From contig OY969763.1 in NCBI GenBank assembly GCA_963702845.1, positions 4,416,001 to 4,480,000 of the forward strand: a stretch of 64,000 nucleotides of DNA, read 5' to 3'. The stretch is from an uncultured Verrucomicrobiae bacterium. Lineage in GTDB: Bacteria > Verrucomicrobiota > Verrucomicrobiia > Limisphaerales > Palsa-1400. Of the stretch, positions 39,395 through 49,540 are shown one piece after another. How positions within the stretch are numbered: position 1 is the stretch's first letter; every line of letters begins with the position of its first letter. A program made the translations under genes and the position numbers. A model generated the notes under the pieces. The model had not been told where the DNA came from and did no database searches. It saw nothing but the letters and a program-made list of their open reading frames with translations.

Positions 39395-40675
39395 CTACTT
39401 CGCAATTACCGCAACGTAGTTGCGTTTACCCTTACGCAACAGGATGTATTTGCCGAATAGCAAGTCGCTCGAGGTTGCGTGCCGCTGGAAATTGGCTTCG
39501 CGGATGTTGTTGATGTAAACGCCGCCACCTTCGACATCTTTTCGTGCCTGACCTTTGGACGTGGCCAGACCCGCGACAACCAGAAGTTCGACAAGCGGAA
39601 TCCCAGCCCCTTCCAGTTTTGCTTTTTCCATCTCCTTCGTCGGCGCTTCGCCGATGATGTCGTTGAAAGTGCTTTCCGAAATTCCTTCCAGGCCGCCCCC
39701 GAAAAGAATTTCGCTGGCACGCACGGCTTCAACAGTCGCGCCTTCGCCATGAATCAGATCAGTGACAGCTTTCGCTAACGCCTTATGCGCCGCGCGAGCT
39801 TCCGGCTGCTTCTCGTGTAGGGCCGCAAGTGCATCGATTTCTTCGCGAGTGAGGAACGTGAAATATTTCAGGTAACGAACGACGTCGCGATCATCGACGC
39901 GAATCCAAAATTGATAGAAACGATACGGACTGGTTTTCTTCGGATCCAGCCAGATGGCGCCCGCAACCGTTTTGCCAAATTTACTTCCATCCGCATTGGT
40001 GATGAGCGGCAGCGTCAGGCCATAAACACCAGCGCTGATTTTTTTGCGCGTAAGCTCGATGCCCGCGGTGATGTTGCCCCATTGATCCGTGCCGCCGATC
40101 TGCAGCTCGCAATTCATCGAGTTGCGCAGGTGATAAAAGTCGAAAGCCTGCAGCAGCATGTAACTGAATTCGGTGTAGCTGATGCCGGTTTCGCGATCTT
40201 CCATGCGCGCGCGAACACTTTCCTTCGCGATCATCTGATTCACCGAAAAGTGCTTTCCGATATCGCGCAGAAAATCCAGGAAGCTGACACCCGTGGTCCA
40301 ATCAGCGTTGTCCACCAACCGTGCCGGATTTGTTTTCGTTTCGAAATCCAACATCCGCGCAAGTTGCTTTTTCATTGCCGCGATGTTTGCGTCAAGGATG
40401 TCGCGCGTGAGAAGCTGTCGTTCAGCGGATTTGCCGCTTGGATCACCGACCATTCCGGTCGCGCCGCCTGCTACGGCAATGGCATGATGCCCAAGAAGCT
40501 GGAACCGTCGCAGCGCCAGCAACGGCACGAGACTGCCGACGTGAAGGCTGTCAGCTGTGGGATCAAATCCCGCGTAGAGCGTGATCGGCGCTTGCGCCAG
40601 GCGCGGACGCAGTTGCTCGCGATCGGTGCAATCAGCAACCAGACCGCGCCATTCCAATTCTTCGAAAATGTTCAT
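39395..40675 (-). CDS. tyrS: Tyrosine--tRNA ligase
   Basis: GFDPTADSLHVGS, QIGGTDQWGNI, KFGKT, C-terminal S4 domain; start at ATG 40675. Confidence 0.97.
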   Translation of the reverse strand: MNIFEELEWRGLVADCTDREQLRPRLAQAPITLYAGFDPTADSLHVGSLVPLLALRRFQLLGHHAIAVAGGATGMVGDPSGKSAERQLLTRDILDANIAAMKKQLARMLDFETKTNPARLVDNADWTTGVSFLDFLRDIGKHFSVNQMIAKESVRARMEDRETGISYTEFSYMLLQAFDFYHLRNSMNCELQIGGTDQWGNITAGIELTRKKISAGVYGLTLPLITNADGSKFGKTVAGAIWLDPKKTSPYRFYQFWIRVDDRDVVRYLKYFTFLTREEIDALAALHEKQPEARAAHKALAKAVTDLIHGEGATVEAVRASEILFGGGLEGISESTFNDIIGEAPTKEMEKAKLEGAGIPLVELLVVAGLATSKGQARKDVEGGGVYINNIREANFQRHATSSDLLFGKYILLRKGKRNYVAVIAK

Positions 40676-40695
40676 TTCAGCGGCCGAAATATTGA

Positions 40696-40748
40696 ACCAC
40701 AGAGAACACAAAGAACGCAGAGATACAAATCTATGCGTTCTTTGCGGT
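40696..40748. repeat. 9-bp-period inverted repeat element
   Basis: ACCACAGAGAACACAAAGAACGCAGAGA..TCTATGCGTTCTTTGCGGT. Confidence 0.6.
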
Positions 40749-40787
40749 GACTAAATTCTGCGCTGCACCACATGGTGCGGGCCGGGT

Positions 40788-40943
40788 TTATTGGTCGGCT
40801 TTGGTCTTGCGCAAACCCGTGACGCGATCGCCTTGTTTCCATTGGCCGCGCTTCTTTAGCACTTCGACTCGTTCAAAGCGCTTCATAACGTTGCCCTTTT
40901 TTCCAGATGTGCTCGCGGCACGCAGACTTCGATGTTGTGACAT
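40788..40943 (-). CDS. PVC small basic protein (TIGR04137-like), 51 aa, absent from the ORF track
   Basis: MSQHRSLRAASTSGKKGNVMKRFERVEVLKKRGQWKQGDRVTGLRKTKADQ. Confidence 0.9.
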   Translation of the reverse strand: MSQHRSLRAASTSGKKGNVMKRFERVEVLKKRGQWKQGDRVTGLRKTKADQ

Positions 40944-41064
40944 AAATTAAGCGGCAGATTCTATAGCACCGACTGAGCGGATTGCAAATGGCATCTTTCG
41001 AAAAAATGGTTGCCGAAAAGGTTCGGTATGGTATCGCTGTCAACCACAACTAATAAAACTAACC

Positions 41065-41547
41065 ATGATGGCGCGAATTCTCTCCTGTGTTTTAGGCATG
41101 GCCCTGGCAATTTCGGCAACCGCAGCCGATACGAAGCAGACTACTGCGAAAGTGTCTGCCGGCCCCGCGACGGCCACCAAAGCGCCAAAGCGTTATCCAT
41201 ATCACGCAAACGTTGCCGCCATCGATCCGAGCGCCAAAACCATCACGCTTGATGGCAAAAAGAAACAGCGTTTATTAAACATCACTCCGACGACACGCAT
41301 CCTCAAAGATAAAAAACCGGTCGCGCTTGAAACAATCAAGGTTGGTGAATACATCACCGGTTCACTCGTGGACACCGATGGCCGGCTTGAACCCACCACC
41401 GTCAACGTCGGCGGCACAGGCACGAAGCAACTTGCTCAAGCTCCAGCTTCAGCTACAACGCCGACCCAGAGCGCGAGCGAACCTCAGCAGAAATCAGCTG
41501 TGGGATCAGTAAAGACAAACCCCGCGATACCTCGGAAAAACCAATAG
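41065..41547 (+). CDS. Secreted hypothetical protein (OB-fold-like)
   Basis: Signal peptide; PYHANVAAIDPSAKTITL..TTRILKD..IKVGEYITG. Confidence 0.7.
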   Translation: MMARILSCVLGMALAISATAADTKQTTAKVSAGPATATKAPKRYPYHANVAAIDPSAKTITLDGKKKQRLLNITPTTRILKDKKPVALETIKVGEYITGSLVDTDGRLEPTTVNVGGTGTKQLAQAPASATTPTQSASEPQQKSAVGSVKTNPAIPRKNQ

Positions 41548-41576
41548 CGACTGCGCGGCTGCAATCGCAGTTTCAG

Positions 41577-42572
41577 TTATCGCCGCCACCAGCTTTTCGT
41601 CTGCTTATTGGATTCGCGGACTTGTTGCACCAGCAACATGCTGCGCGCTTGTTCCAGCGCCATTGCCAATTCGTCATAACTTTGAAAGCGATCGCCAGGG
41701 TTTTTGGCCATTGCGCGCACGAGCGCATCACTCGTCACCTGAGAAACTGTCGGCACAACGAAATTCGGCGGGGTTAATGGCGTATGCACATGTGCCGAAA
41801 CCAGGTCTTCCACCGTGGGCGCTTCAAACGGCACGTGGCCGGTTAAGGCATGATAAAGTGTTCCGCCAAGGCTGTACATGTCGGACAAAAACGTCTCCGG
41901 CTGACGATTGATCTTTTCTGGCGCAACATAATATGGCGTGCCCCAAATCGCGGCCTCATACGTATCGGCGGTCTCAGCAGCGCGCGCCAATCCGAAGTCG
42001 ACCAACTTGGGCTCGCCCTCAGCGTTGAACAAAATATTTCCCGGCTTGATGTCGCGGTGCAGTAAATTGTGTTTCAGCGCCATCGCAAGTGCCGACGCGA
42101 CTTTAATTCCGACATCCAGCACCAACAATTCTGAGCAGCGCCCTTCCTGTTCGATCTTGCTGTCGACACTGCCCTGGTCAGCCAACTCCATCACCAAATA
42201 TGGCTGGCCCTGAAATTCATCGAACACATAAATGTGAATGATGTTTGTGTGATTCAGGGAAGCACCGGCGCGAGCTTCGCGATAAAACGCGGATAGAACC
42301 TCCTGGTCTTCGGCCATTTCGCGCTTCATCATTTTGAGCGCCACGTCGCGTTCCAGCTTGGTGTCAAACGACCGATATACCGTTCCCATTCCACCCGACG
42401 CGATAATGCTGCGCAGTTCAAAATTATGCAGCATCACCGGCAACATCACCGGGTGGCCGCACTTGGTGCATTCGGAGGTTGCGAATGGCGGCAAATCTCC
42501 GGGGATGAACGTCTTCACCCCACATTTGCCGCATGTCACCATTTTTAAAGACTTGGATTCGCCGCCGTTCAT
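41577..42572 (-). CDS. Hanks-type Ser/Thr protein kinase with N-terminal Zn ribbon
   Basis: CGKCG..CTKCG; GGMGTVY, VALK, HRDIKPGN, DFG, GTPYYVAPE. Confidence 0.95.
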   Translation of the reverse strand: MNGGESKSLKMVTCGKCGVKTFIPGDLPPFATSECTKCGHPVMLPVMLHNFELRSIIASGGMGTVYRSFDTKLERDVALKMMKREMAEDQEVLSAFYREARAGASLNHTNIIHIYVFDEFQGQPYLVMELADQGSVDSKIEQEGRCSELLVLDVGIKVASALAMALKHNLLHRDIKPGNILFNAEGEPKLVDFGLARAAETADTYEAAIWGTPYYVAPEKINRQPETFLSDMYSLGGTLYHALTGHVPFEAPTVEDLVSAHVHTPLTPPNFVVPTVSQVTSDALVRAMAKNPGDRFQSYDELAMALEQARSMLLVQQVRESNKQTKSWWRR

Positions 42573-42699
42573 CGCTTTTGCAGATTACCACGGGCGAACC
42601 GCGCCACAAGTCCACAGAAACCACCTCACAACCGCCAGCCAACAATTGACAAAAAAGAGCACGGAAATTCCAGCCGGCGCTGTAAGTTTGAATACAGGT

Positions 42700-42912
42700 A
42701 TGAGTGCATCGACAGACATGACCACACTGGCGCGTCGGGAAGCCGAACTGGACGCAGCGCGCGAACTACGTTGGGTCGTAATGTATAGCGAATTGACCGG
42801 CGCGTCGGAATCGCAAGCTCGTGGCTGCTGGATGTATCTTTCAAGTCCGTCCGAGACCGAGCTTCAACTGGTTCCACTTCCCCTTGACGCTCCTTTGCCA
42901 AGTCTCGCATGA
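42700..42912 (+). CDS. Small hypothetical protein
   Basis: ATG 42700 after AGG; fills the gap before the DUF1460 gene. Confidence 0.5.
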   Translation: MSASTDMTTLARREAELDAARELRWVVMYSELTGASESQARGCWMYLSSPSETELQLVPLPLDAPLPSLA

Positions 42913-42921
42913 TGTCCCTCT

Positions 42922-43842
42922 ATGAACTCTCGCTCGATCCGTCGTCGTGAATTTTTCCGTTACGCCGCCATCGGCACATTCAGCCTGCTCAGCTACTCTG
43001 CCCTCGCCGCTACGATTGCCGGCGTGCCGGCAAACCGCCGTAAGTTCGACGGCGAAGACATTTTCCAACGCATCGTTGCCAAAGCTCGCGCGAACAATTG
43101 GACCAAACTGCCGATCGGCGAACTGATGGGCAAAATCGCCCGCGAACTTGAAGGCACGCCATACGTCGGTTTTACCCTGGAGACGTCTAAGGACCAGGAG
43201 AGCTGCGTTGTCAATTTAGCGGGCCTCGATTGCGTGACGTTTTTTGAAGACACTCTTTGCATTGCGCGCATGCTCAAACGCGGGAAAAGCAAACCCGAAG
43301 ACTTGCTCGCAGAACTTCAATACACCCGTTATCGCGGCGGCAAGATGGGCGACTTCACCACGCGCCTGCACTACACCACGGATTGGTTTGTCGATAACGA
43401 AAAGAAAGGCGTGGTCAAAATTCTCGCGCCAACATTGCCCGGCGCCGAACCGTTCACTCAGAAAGTCGGCATCATGTCACAAAGGCCGGCTAATTACCGC
43501 CAACTGGCCGCACATCCGGACCTCGTTCCAACGATCCAAAAACTCGAAGAACAAATCAACGCGCGCCCACTCATGTTCGTGCCGCTCGATAAACTCGCCG
43601 AAGCCGAATCCCATCTCCAGACCGGCGACATCGTCGGCGTCGCGACGATGGAGCCGGGAATCGATATTGCGCACACGGGACTTTGCATCAAGGACGAGCA
43701 AGGGGTGGTGCACTTCATGGACGCCTCTTCATCGAAGGCGCACTACCGCGTCACATTCGAAGAGGGCCCTATCAGCAAAGCGTTCCATTGGTCGAAGAAA
43801 TTGACCGGCGCGATGTTCGCGCGACCGCTCGAAGTCAGTTAA
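42922..43842 (+). CDS. DUF1460 family (NlpC/P60-like amidase), Tat signal
   Basis: RRREFF; GTPYVG, LDCVTFFE, RLHYTTDW, DIAHTG. Confidence 0.88.
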   Translation: MNSRSIRRREFFRYAAIGTFSLLSYSALAATIAGVPANRRKFDGEDIFQRIVAKARANNWTKLPIGELMGKIARELEGTPYVGFTLETSKDQESCVVNLAGLDCVTFFEDTLCIARMLKRGKSKPEDLLAELQYTRYRGGKMGDFTTRLHYTTDWFVDNEKKGVVKILAPTLPGAEPFTQKVGIMSQRPANYRQLAAHPDLVPTIQKLEEQINARPLMFVPLDKLAEAESHLQTGDIVGVATMEPGIDIAHTGLCIKDEQGVVHFMDASSSKAHYRVTFEEGPISKAFHWSKKLTGAMFARPLEVS

Positions 43843-44755
43843 GAATCCGGGCCGTCAGTTCGCCGGTCTTCCAGAAGTGTCGGTCATTTCCGGCAGCAGC
43901 GGATTTGATTCGCCGCACGTGCTCGTGCCATTCGCCTTGGATTTTTTCGACCGATCCGATTAGTTCTTCGAAGCTCTTCAGGTCTCCACCTCGTGAGGCG
44001 AGTTCGACGGCGTGTTTGCCGTAGACCGGATGTTCGAAAATGAAATGCGTGAGACTCCACCAGTGGAGATAGTAGAGATTGAATTCTTTGTCCAAATCGG
44101 GTCCACTGTCGCCTGTGATAACCGCATGCAGCGGGATGACGTTGCCATTGGCGATGTTCGTTTGCAGGTTCGGTGTTTTGGCGATTTCGTCGCGCCACCA
44201 GACGGGATACGTGTTGAGATCGATTGTGCCGACGGCGAGTTTATTTGTGCCGATTCGGCTGCACGAAAAATATTCGGCCATTCCTTCATCCAACCACTTT
44301 TCCAGATCAAAGTTCGCAACCTCGCGATTCAACTGGTGCACACCTTCGTGGAGCATCCATTGGTACGGATTTGCGTCCTTATCCGAACAATAGGCGTGGC
44401 AAAGACCTCTTGAATAGAATGCTTCCGCCCAGCCAACGTTCGGATTTACCCGGCGAAATTCATCGCGGCTTTTGTAGAGACGGACGTGCAACTTTGGATG
44501 CGCGCGCCGAAAGGTTGAGACATTCGATAATTTATTCGAGTAGGCGGTGTAGAGCAGTTCCAATGTTTTACCGACGCGTTCAACCTGGTCACTCGTAGCG
44601 GTCGAGGCGATTTCGTAGTGTTCCGTTTGCGTGGTAATGGTGGGGCTCCAATGCTTAGGAGCAAATTTCCAATAACCGACTGCGGCGACGATCGCCAAGA
44701 GCCCGAGGAAACGGATTTCCCGTCCAGTGAGTCGACGCAGTTTGAAGCTCATCAT
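43835..44755 (-). CDS. DUF1570-like zincin metallopeptidase domain protein
   Basis: LHEGVHQ..WLDEGMAEYF. Confidence 0.8.
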   Translation of the reverse strand: MMSFKLRRLTGREIRFLGLLAIVAAVGYWKFAPKHWSPTITTQTEHYEIASTATSDQVERVGKTLELLYTAYSNKLSNVSTFRRAHPKLHVRLYKSRDEFRRVNPNVGWAEAFYSRGLCHAYCSDKDANPYQWMLHEGVHQLNREVANFDLEKWLDEGMAEYFSCSRIGTNKLAVGTIDLNTYPVWWRDEIAKTPNLQTNIANGNVIPLHAVITGDSGPDLDKEFNLYYLHWWSLTHFIFEHPVYGKHAVELASRGGDLKSFEELIGSVEKIQGEWHEHVRRIKSAAAGNDRHFWKTGELTARILN

Positions 44756-44759
44756 GTGG

Positions 44760-46277
44760 TCACCACGAATAGTGCACGGTGTAGGTGACAGTTTGCTCTT
44801 CGTCTGGTTTCACAGGCACATTGAATTCGATAGTTTGATCGTCGGTCTTTTTATAGTCGGTGGATTTTTCCGTGATTTCCCAACTCGGCCAGCGATAGAG
44901 ATGTTCCACGACGCGCACTCCCACTGGTGTTTTCTTGTGGTTGCGCAATTTGATTTCGAATGACTCGTCCACACCGTGCCCCTTCGTGTCCATTTTGTGA
45001 TTGGTGCGCTTGCGTTCGCCGACGATGTCGAAGGCGCTGCCGGTTGCGACGCGGATCATTTCGTCCGTGGGCGTATGATCGATAGTGTTTTCGCCGATAA
45101 ATTCCATTTGCTTGTCGGCGTCGCGACGATAGAAGCGCAGTCGACCTTTCGGAAGCGGCATGCCGAGGCGGTTCTCTTTCGAGTTTTTGAACTCGCGCAT
45201 AACCCAGACTTTCTTGTTGGACTCAGTTCCGTATTCGCGGTTGTCACGAATGGTTGCGGGGTCCCATCCATAGTAGCGATCGAGCTTGGCGCCGTCATAG
45301 ACGTAGATCGGCGAGGATTTGATGCCGTCGGCGCTGACGAATTCGACTTGTTTTGTTTCGCGGTCGAGCAGGGTCGTGGGGCGCTGCAAGATGTAGAGGT
45401 GGTATTCGTCGAAGGCTTTTTCCGTTACGACGGGAGCGGCACCGGCTGCTTCCGTTCTCGCCATGCCGAGGAGATGCCTCCGATCTTCGGGCTGGCTGAT
45501 CTTACTGACGTCGCCGGCCATTAATTTGATTTTTGCGTTATCGAAGCCTTTGCCGCTTTGGTTATCCATCGTAACCCAACCAACAAGATCAATCGTGTCG
45601 CCGTTTTCAGGCATTACGAGGTTATAGTCGGCGTGCCAACTCATGCCGCCAGTGACATAGCTTAATTCGGCGTCCACCGCACCGGCGGCGTCGCTTTGGA
45701 GCTGCCAGGTAAGCGTGGGTTTGAGAATGGTGTTATCAGTAAGCGCCGGGAAAAGCGGTGTGCCGGGAAGCTGGAACATCAACTTGCCGTCGACTTCGAT
45801 AATCGGTTGGCCGCTGCCGGCGCCGGGCGACGAAGCTTGCGCTTGTGCCGCGGCGTATTCAGGACCGTAGCGGTCGAAAGCCGGTTGATGCGGCACATAG
45901 CCGCTGCGCACGATTTTGCCTTTAACGATCTCGGTTTTGCCTTCGTTGCCAGGGAGTTGTTTTTCGAACTCGATTGTTTTGCCTTCGTAAAGGTTGAGCA
46001 ATAAGGATTCGGAGATTGGATCGGCGCGGAAATTTTGTTCGAGGATTTGCAGGTTACGCTGCCCCGTTGGATCCCGCAGCACAACCGAGTCCGGCTCGAG
46101 ATGCATCGTCGCCCCGTTATAGCTGATGTCGTTCACGCCCGACTCGAGACTGAGATGAATCGTGTCGCGGACCACAGCAAATTGTTGGTTGTAAATCGTG
46201 AGTGCCGGGGTGTCAGCGAATGCGACGTATGCGGATAAAGCTAAACCGGCAACCAGCGGGAGTTGTTTTCGCGTCAT
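44760..46277 (-). CDS. DUF4139 domain protein
   Basis: LTIYNQQFAVVRD, LSYVTGGMSWHADY, GMPLPKGRLRFY, FIGENTIDHTP; start at ATG 46277. Confidence 0.88.
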   Translation of the reverse strand: MTRKQLPLVAGLALSAYVAFADTPALTIYNQQFAVVRDTIHLSLESGVNDISYNGATMHLEPDSVVLRDPTGQRNLQILEQNFRADPISESLLLNLYEGKTIEFEKQLPGNEGKTEIVKGKIVRSGYVPHQPAFDRYGPEYAAAQAQASSPGAGSGQPIIEVDGKLMFQLPGTPLFPALTDNTILKPTLTWQLQSDAAGAVDAELSYVTGGMSWHADYNLVMPENGDTIDLVGWVTMDNQSGKGFDNAKIKLMAGDVSKISQPEDRRHLLGMARTEAAGAAPVVTEKAFDEYHLYILQRPTTLLDRETKQVEFVSADGIKSSPIYVYDGAKLDRYYGWDPATIRDNREYGTESNKKVWVMREFKNSKENRLGMPLPKGRLRFYRRDADKQMEFIGENTIDHTPTDEMIRVATGSAFDIVGERKRTNHKMDTKGHGVDESFEIKLRNHKKTPVGVRVVEHLYRWPSWEITEKSTDYKKTDDQTIEFNVPVKPDEEQTVTYTVHYSW

Positions 46278-46364
46278 AATTTTCCTCGTGTAGAATCCAT
46301 CGTTCCTCGTTCCCTCCATTAGACGGACGTTGAAGCAAAATTACTCCCATAAAACCGCCTGTCA

Positions 46365-46475
46365 CCTACGGGACGCTGTGACCCGTCCCATGGGACGGGT
46401 CAAACGTGCAAAAACATCAATGTTTACGGCCCTTGGGACGGTGGTACGGGTCTAGAGGGGGTAGGTGGGGGGGCC
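46365..46475. repeat. 24-bp perfect palindrome with GGGACG repeats and a G-tract
   Basis: TGACCCGTCCCA|TGGGACGGGTCA (46379-46402); AAACAT-CA-ATGTTT; GAGGGGGTAGGTGGGGGGG. Confidence 0.75.
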
Positions 46476-46583
46476 GCCCGTCACCCACTTGGCGCTCGAC
46501 TCTGCGACACCAAAGTAGACCAACCGGGAGCAGCCGGCACATATCTCTGTATCTCGCCAGCCGGACGCGGCCTCGGCACTAAC

Positions 46584-48548
46584 TCACCAATCTTTAAGCT
46601 TTTTACTCCCCTGCTGCTTCGGCTTGTTCTCCGGCGAAAACACCAAAGCCTTTTCCTGGTCGCGATCCGCATCCAAAATCTGCCGCGCCTGCTGCGGACT
46701 CATCTTGCCGTAATAAGCCTGCGCTTCATCCGCCGACTCGGGCGCCTTGTCACGCTTGTCTTCACTCGCGGCCTGCGCGTTTTGCTTGTCTTTCTTTTCG
46801 TCCTTCTTGCCCTGTGCTTGCTGCTGTTTTTGCTCTTCTTTCTTCTTCTCCTCGTCTTGCTTGGCCTGCTGATCCTGCTTTTGTTGATCCTGTTTACCCT
46901 GTTGCTGGTCTTTGCCCTTTTGGTCCTTCTGATCCTTCTGATCCTGCTTCGCTTGTTGGTCTTGCTGTTGCTGCTGCTGGTTCTGTTCGTTCTGTTTATC
47001 GTCTTTGTTTTTGTCGTTCTTCTGCTGCTGTTGTTGTTGCTGCTGTTGCTTCAGTTGTTCCAAGCGTTTCTTGACGAAGTCCAGGTTGTTCTTTGCGTCG
47101 GGGTCCTGCGCGTTCAGTTTCAAGGCGTGGTCATAGCTTTCGACCGAGTGTTCCCACATCTCCTTTTGCTTTTGCTGGTCGGTCATGGGCATGCCCATTT
47201 CGTAAAGGGTGTTGCCGAGATTGTACCACGCCTGTTGCTGCGCCTTAGGGTCGGAAATCATCTCCGGCGCATCGAGAGCTTTGCTGAAATGTTCGACGGC
47301 TGATTTGAAGTCCTTCGCCCGATAGGCGGCGGTGCCGGCGTCGTAGTGCAGGCGATAATCGTTGGTCTTTTGGTCGGAGAGGCGGTTGTATTCTTTGAAG
47401 GCTTCGTCGAACTTGCCTTTATTGTATTCGCGGTAAGCGCTCGACGGCGACGCACTGGCCATCATCGGAAAAAGCAGCAAACAAATCACCGCGGCAATCG
47501 CAGCCGGCTCCGGCACCGTTGCTTTCGCGACAGGCATACGACCGACGCGTTTCCGTTCCGGCAGGAAAACTTCGACAATCAGCAACACAATCGCCACCGC
47601 CAAAGGCCAATGATATCGCTCCTGATAAACTTTGTTCAGCTTGGTCACATTGTCTGACTTCGGCAACGGCGCGAGCGCCTGCTGATATAGAACTTCCATC
47701 GGGTTCGCGCCGCGCAACGGCAAATACGCGCCACCGGTGACAGTTGCAATTTGCCGGAGCAGATTTTCGTTCAGGTGCGACTTAACCGCGTCGCCATTCT
47801 CGTCCTTCACAAAATTCATCTGGCCTTGCTCGTCTTTAACGCGCAACAACTCGCCTTCTGGAGTGCCGACCCCAATCGTGAAAATCTTCATCCCCGCTTT
47901 TGCCGCCGCTTTCGCAGCATCCATCGTTTCCGTATCGGTATCGTGATCTTCGCCGTCCGTAAACAGCACCATCACCTTGTAATTGTCGTTCCCTTGTTCA
48001 AATGCCGTCAGGCCGGTGCGAATTGCTTCCGAAAAGGATGTGCCTCCTTGCGGAATAATCCCGACATCCAGCGCTTCGACGCTTTGCCGGAACGCCTGTT
48101 CGTCCAGCGTGAGCGGTGCTTGCAAAAATGCGGTTCCGGCGAACGCGACGACGCCCATACGATCGGTTTTCGCAAGCCGCATCAAATCCATCGCTGCGAG
48201 TTTGGAACGCGTCAATCGATTCGGTGAGACGTCCTCCGCCAACATGCTGCGCGACGTGTCGATCGCGACAACGATGTCGAGACCCTGTTGCTTCGCTTCT
48301 TCCCAGACGAAGCCCCACTGCGGGCGCGCCAACGCCAGGAACACAAACACAACCGACGCGACCAGCAAGACGAGTCGCAAAATTTGCCGGCTATGCGACA
48401 CACCAACCGTGAGGTTTGCAAGCAAACGCGATCGGACGAATTGCGACACCAGCTTCTGCTTCACGCGCCATGTCCAATAGAAGAACGCACTCAACGCCAG
48501 CGCCGCCAGCAGCATGATCCAAAGGAAATTCGGCTGGGCAAACCTCAT
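46584..48548 (-). CDS. VWA + TPR protein (BatB/BatC-like fusion) with Q/K/D-rich linker
   Basis: ALARPQWG, DTSRSM MIDAS, FTDGED, TPR WYNLGNTLY, C-terminal KDW. Confidence 0.88.
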   Translation of the reverse strand: MRFAQPNFLWIMLLAALALSAFFYWTWRVKQKLVSQFVRSRLLANLTVGVSHSRQILRLVLLVASVVFVFLALARPQWGFVWEEAKQQGLDIVVAIDTSRSMLAEDVSPNRLTRSKLAAMDLMRLAKTDRMGVVAFAGTAFLQAPLTLDEQAFRQSVEALDVGIIPQGGTSFSEAIRTGLTAFEQGNDNYKVMVLFTDGEDHDTDTETMDAAKAAAKAGMKIFTIGVGTPEGELLRVKDEQGQMNFVKDENGDAVKSHLNENLLRQIATVTGGAYLPLRGANPMEVLYQQALAPLPKSDNVTKLNKVYQERYHWPLAVAIVLLIVEVFLPERKRVGRMPVAKATVPEPAAIAAVICLLLFPMMASASPSSAYREYNKGKFDEAFKEYNRLSDQKTNDYRLHYDAGTAAYRAKDFKSAVEHFSKALDAPEMISDPKAQQQAWYNLGNTLYEMGMPMTDQQKQKEMWEHSVESYDHALKLNAQDPDAKNNLDFVKKRLEQLKQQQQQQQQQKNDKNKDDKQNEQNQQQQQQDQQAKQDQKDQKDQKGKDQQQGKQDQQKQDQQAKQDEEKKKEEQKQQQAQGKKDEKKDKQNAQAASEDKRDKAPESADEAQAYYGKMSPQQARQILDADRDQEKALVFSPENKPKQQGSKKLKDW

Positions 48549-49540
48549 GGCAATTTCCTCCACACCGTGTGACCGAGAATCATTTCCAATACGAGCACAG
48601 CCAGGCCGGCCAGCACAACTTGCCCGAACAACTCGTCGAAATGCTGAAACTTTTTGATCTTCGCATCCGATTTTTCCAGGCGATCAATCTCGCCATAGAT
48701 GCGATGCAACGTCTCGGTGCTGTCGGCTCGAAAATAGTGGCCACCGGTTTTATCCGAGATTTTCGTCAACGTATCTTCGTCAATATCGACATCAATCGGC
48801 TGATAAACTTTACGGCCAAACGGATCCATGACAGGGAACGGCGCCTTACCGCGAATACCAACGCCAACCGTATAAACCTTCACCGACATCGCCTGCGCCG
48901 CGTCAGCCGCCACCAAGGGCGGAATTTTCCCGGCGTTGTTCTGACCGTCGGTCATAAGAATAACGATTCGGCTTTTCGATTTCAGATCACGCAACCGATT
49001 CACCGACGTCGCGAGAGCCGAGCCAATGGCCGTTCGATCTTCAATCAATCCAAGATGCAGACGCTCGAGGTTCTTGCGAAGATAATCGTGGTCCAGCGTA
49101 ACAGGACACGCGGTATATGCGCGGCCTGCAAACGCAACCAATCCGATGCGGTCGTTCGGACGTTTATCGATGAATTCTGCGAGCACCTGCTTGGCAAGGT
49201 CGATGCGGTTAATGCGTTCGCCGTTCACCATGAAATCTTCAGACGCCATGCTGCCCGACAAGTCCAACGCGACCACGATATCAATACCGCTGGCTTTGAG
49301 TTCCGTTTCGCCTTTGATCAACCGCGGTTGCGCCAGCGCGATGATGAATGCCGCTAACGCCAGCCAGCGCAGGCTCAATAAAATACTTCCCGCACGCGAA
49401 CGGCTCAGGCCTGAAATGGGCCGCACCAAATCCACCGACGAATACAAAAACGCCGAGCCCTGTCCGTGTCGCCCCTTAAGCCACGCCAGGAGCGGCAAGA
49501 CCAGTAGCAGCAACAATAAAAATGGATGCGCAAACGTCAT
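48545..49540 (-). CDS. VWA domain protein (BatA-like)
   Basis: ALAQPR, DLSGSM, TAIGSAL, MTDGQNNAG. Confidence 0.9.
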   Translation of the reverse strand: MTFAHPFLLLLLLVLPLLAWLKGRHGQGSAFLYSSVDLVRPISGLSRSRAGSILLSLRWLALAAFIIALAQPRLIKGETELKASGIDIVVALDLSGSMASEDFMVNGERINRIDLAKQVLAEFIDKRPNDRIGLVAFAGRAYTACPVTLDHDYLRKNLERLHLGLIEDRTAIGSALATSVNRLRDLKSKSRIVILMTDGQNNAGKIPPLVAADAAQAMSVKVYTVGVGIRGKAPFPVMDPFGRKVYQPIDVDIDEDTLTKISDKTGGHYFRADSTETLHRIYGEIDRLEKSDAKIKKFQHFDELFGQVVLAGLAVLVLEMILGHTVWRKLP

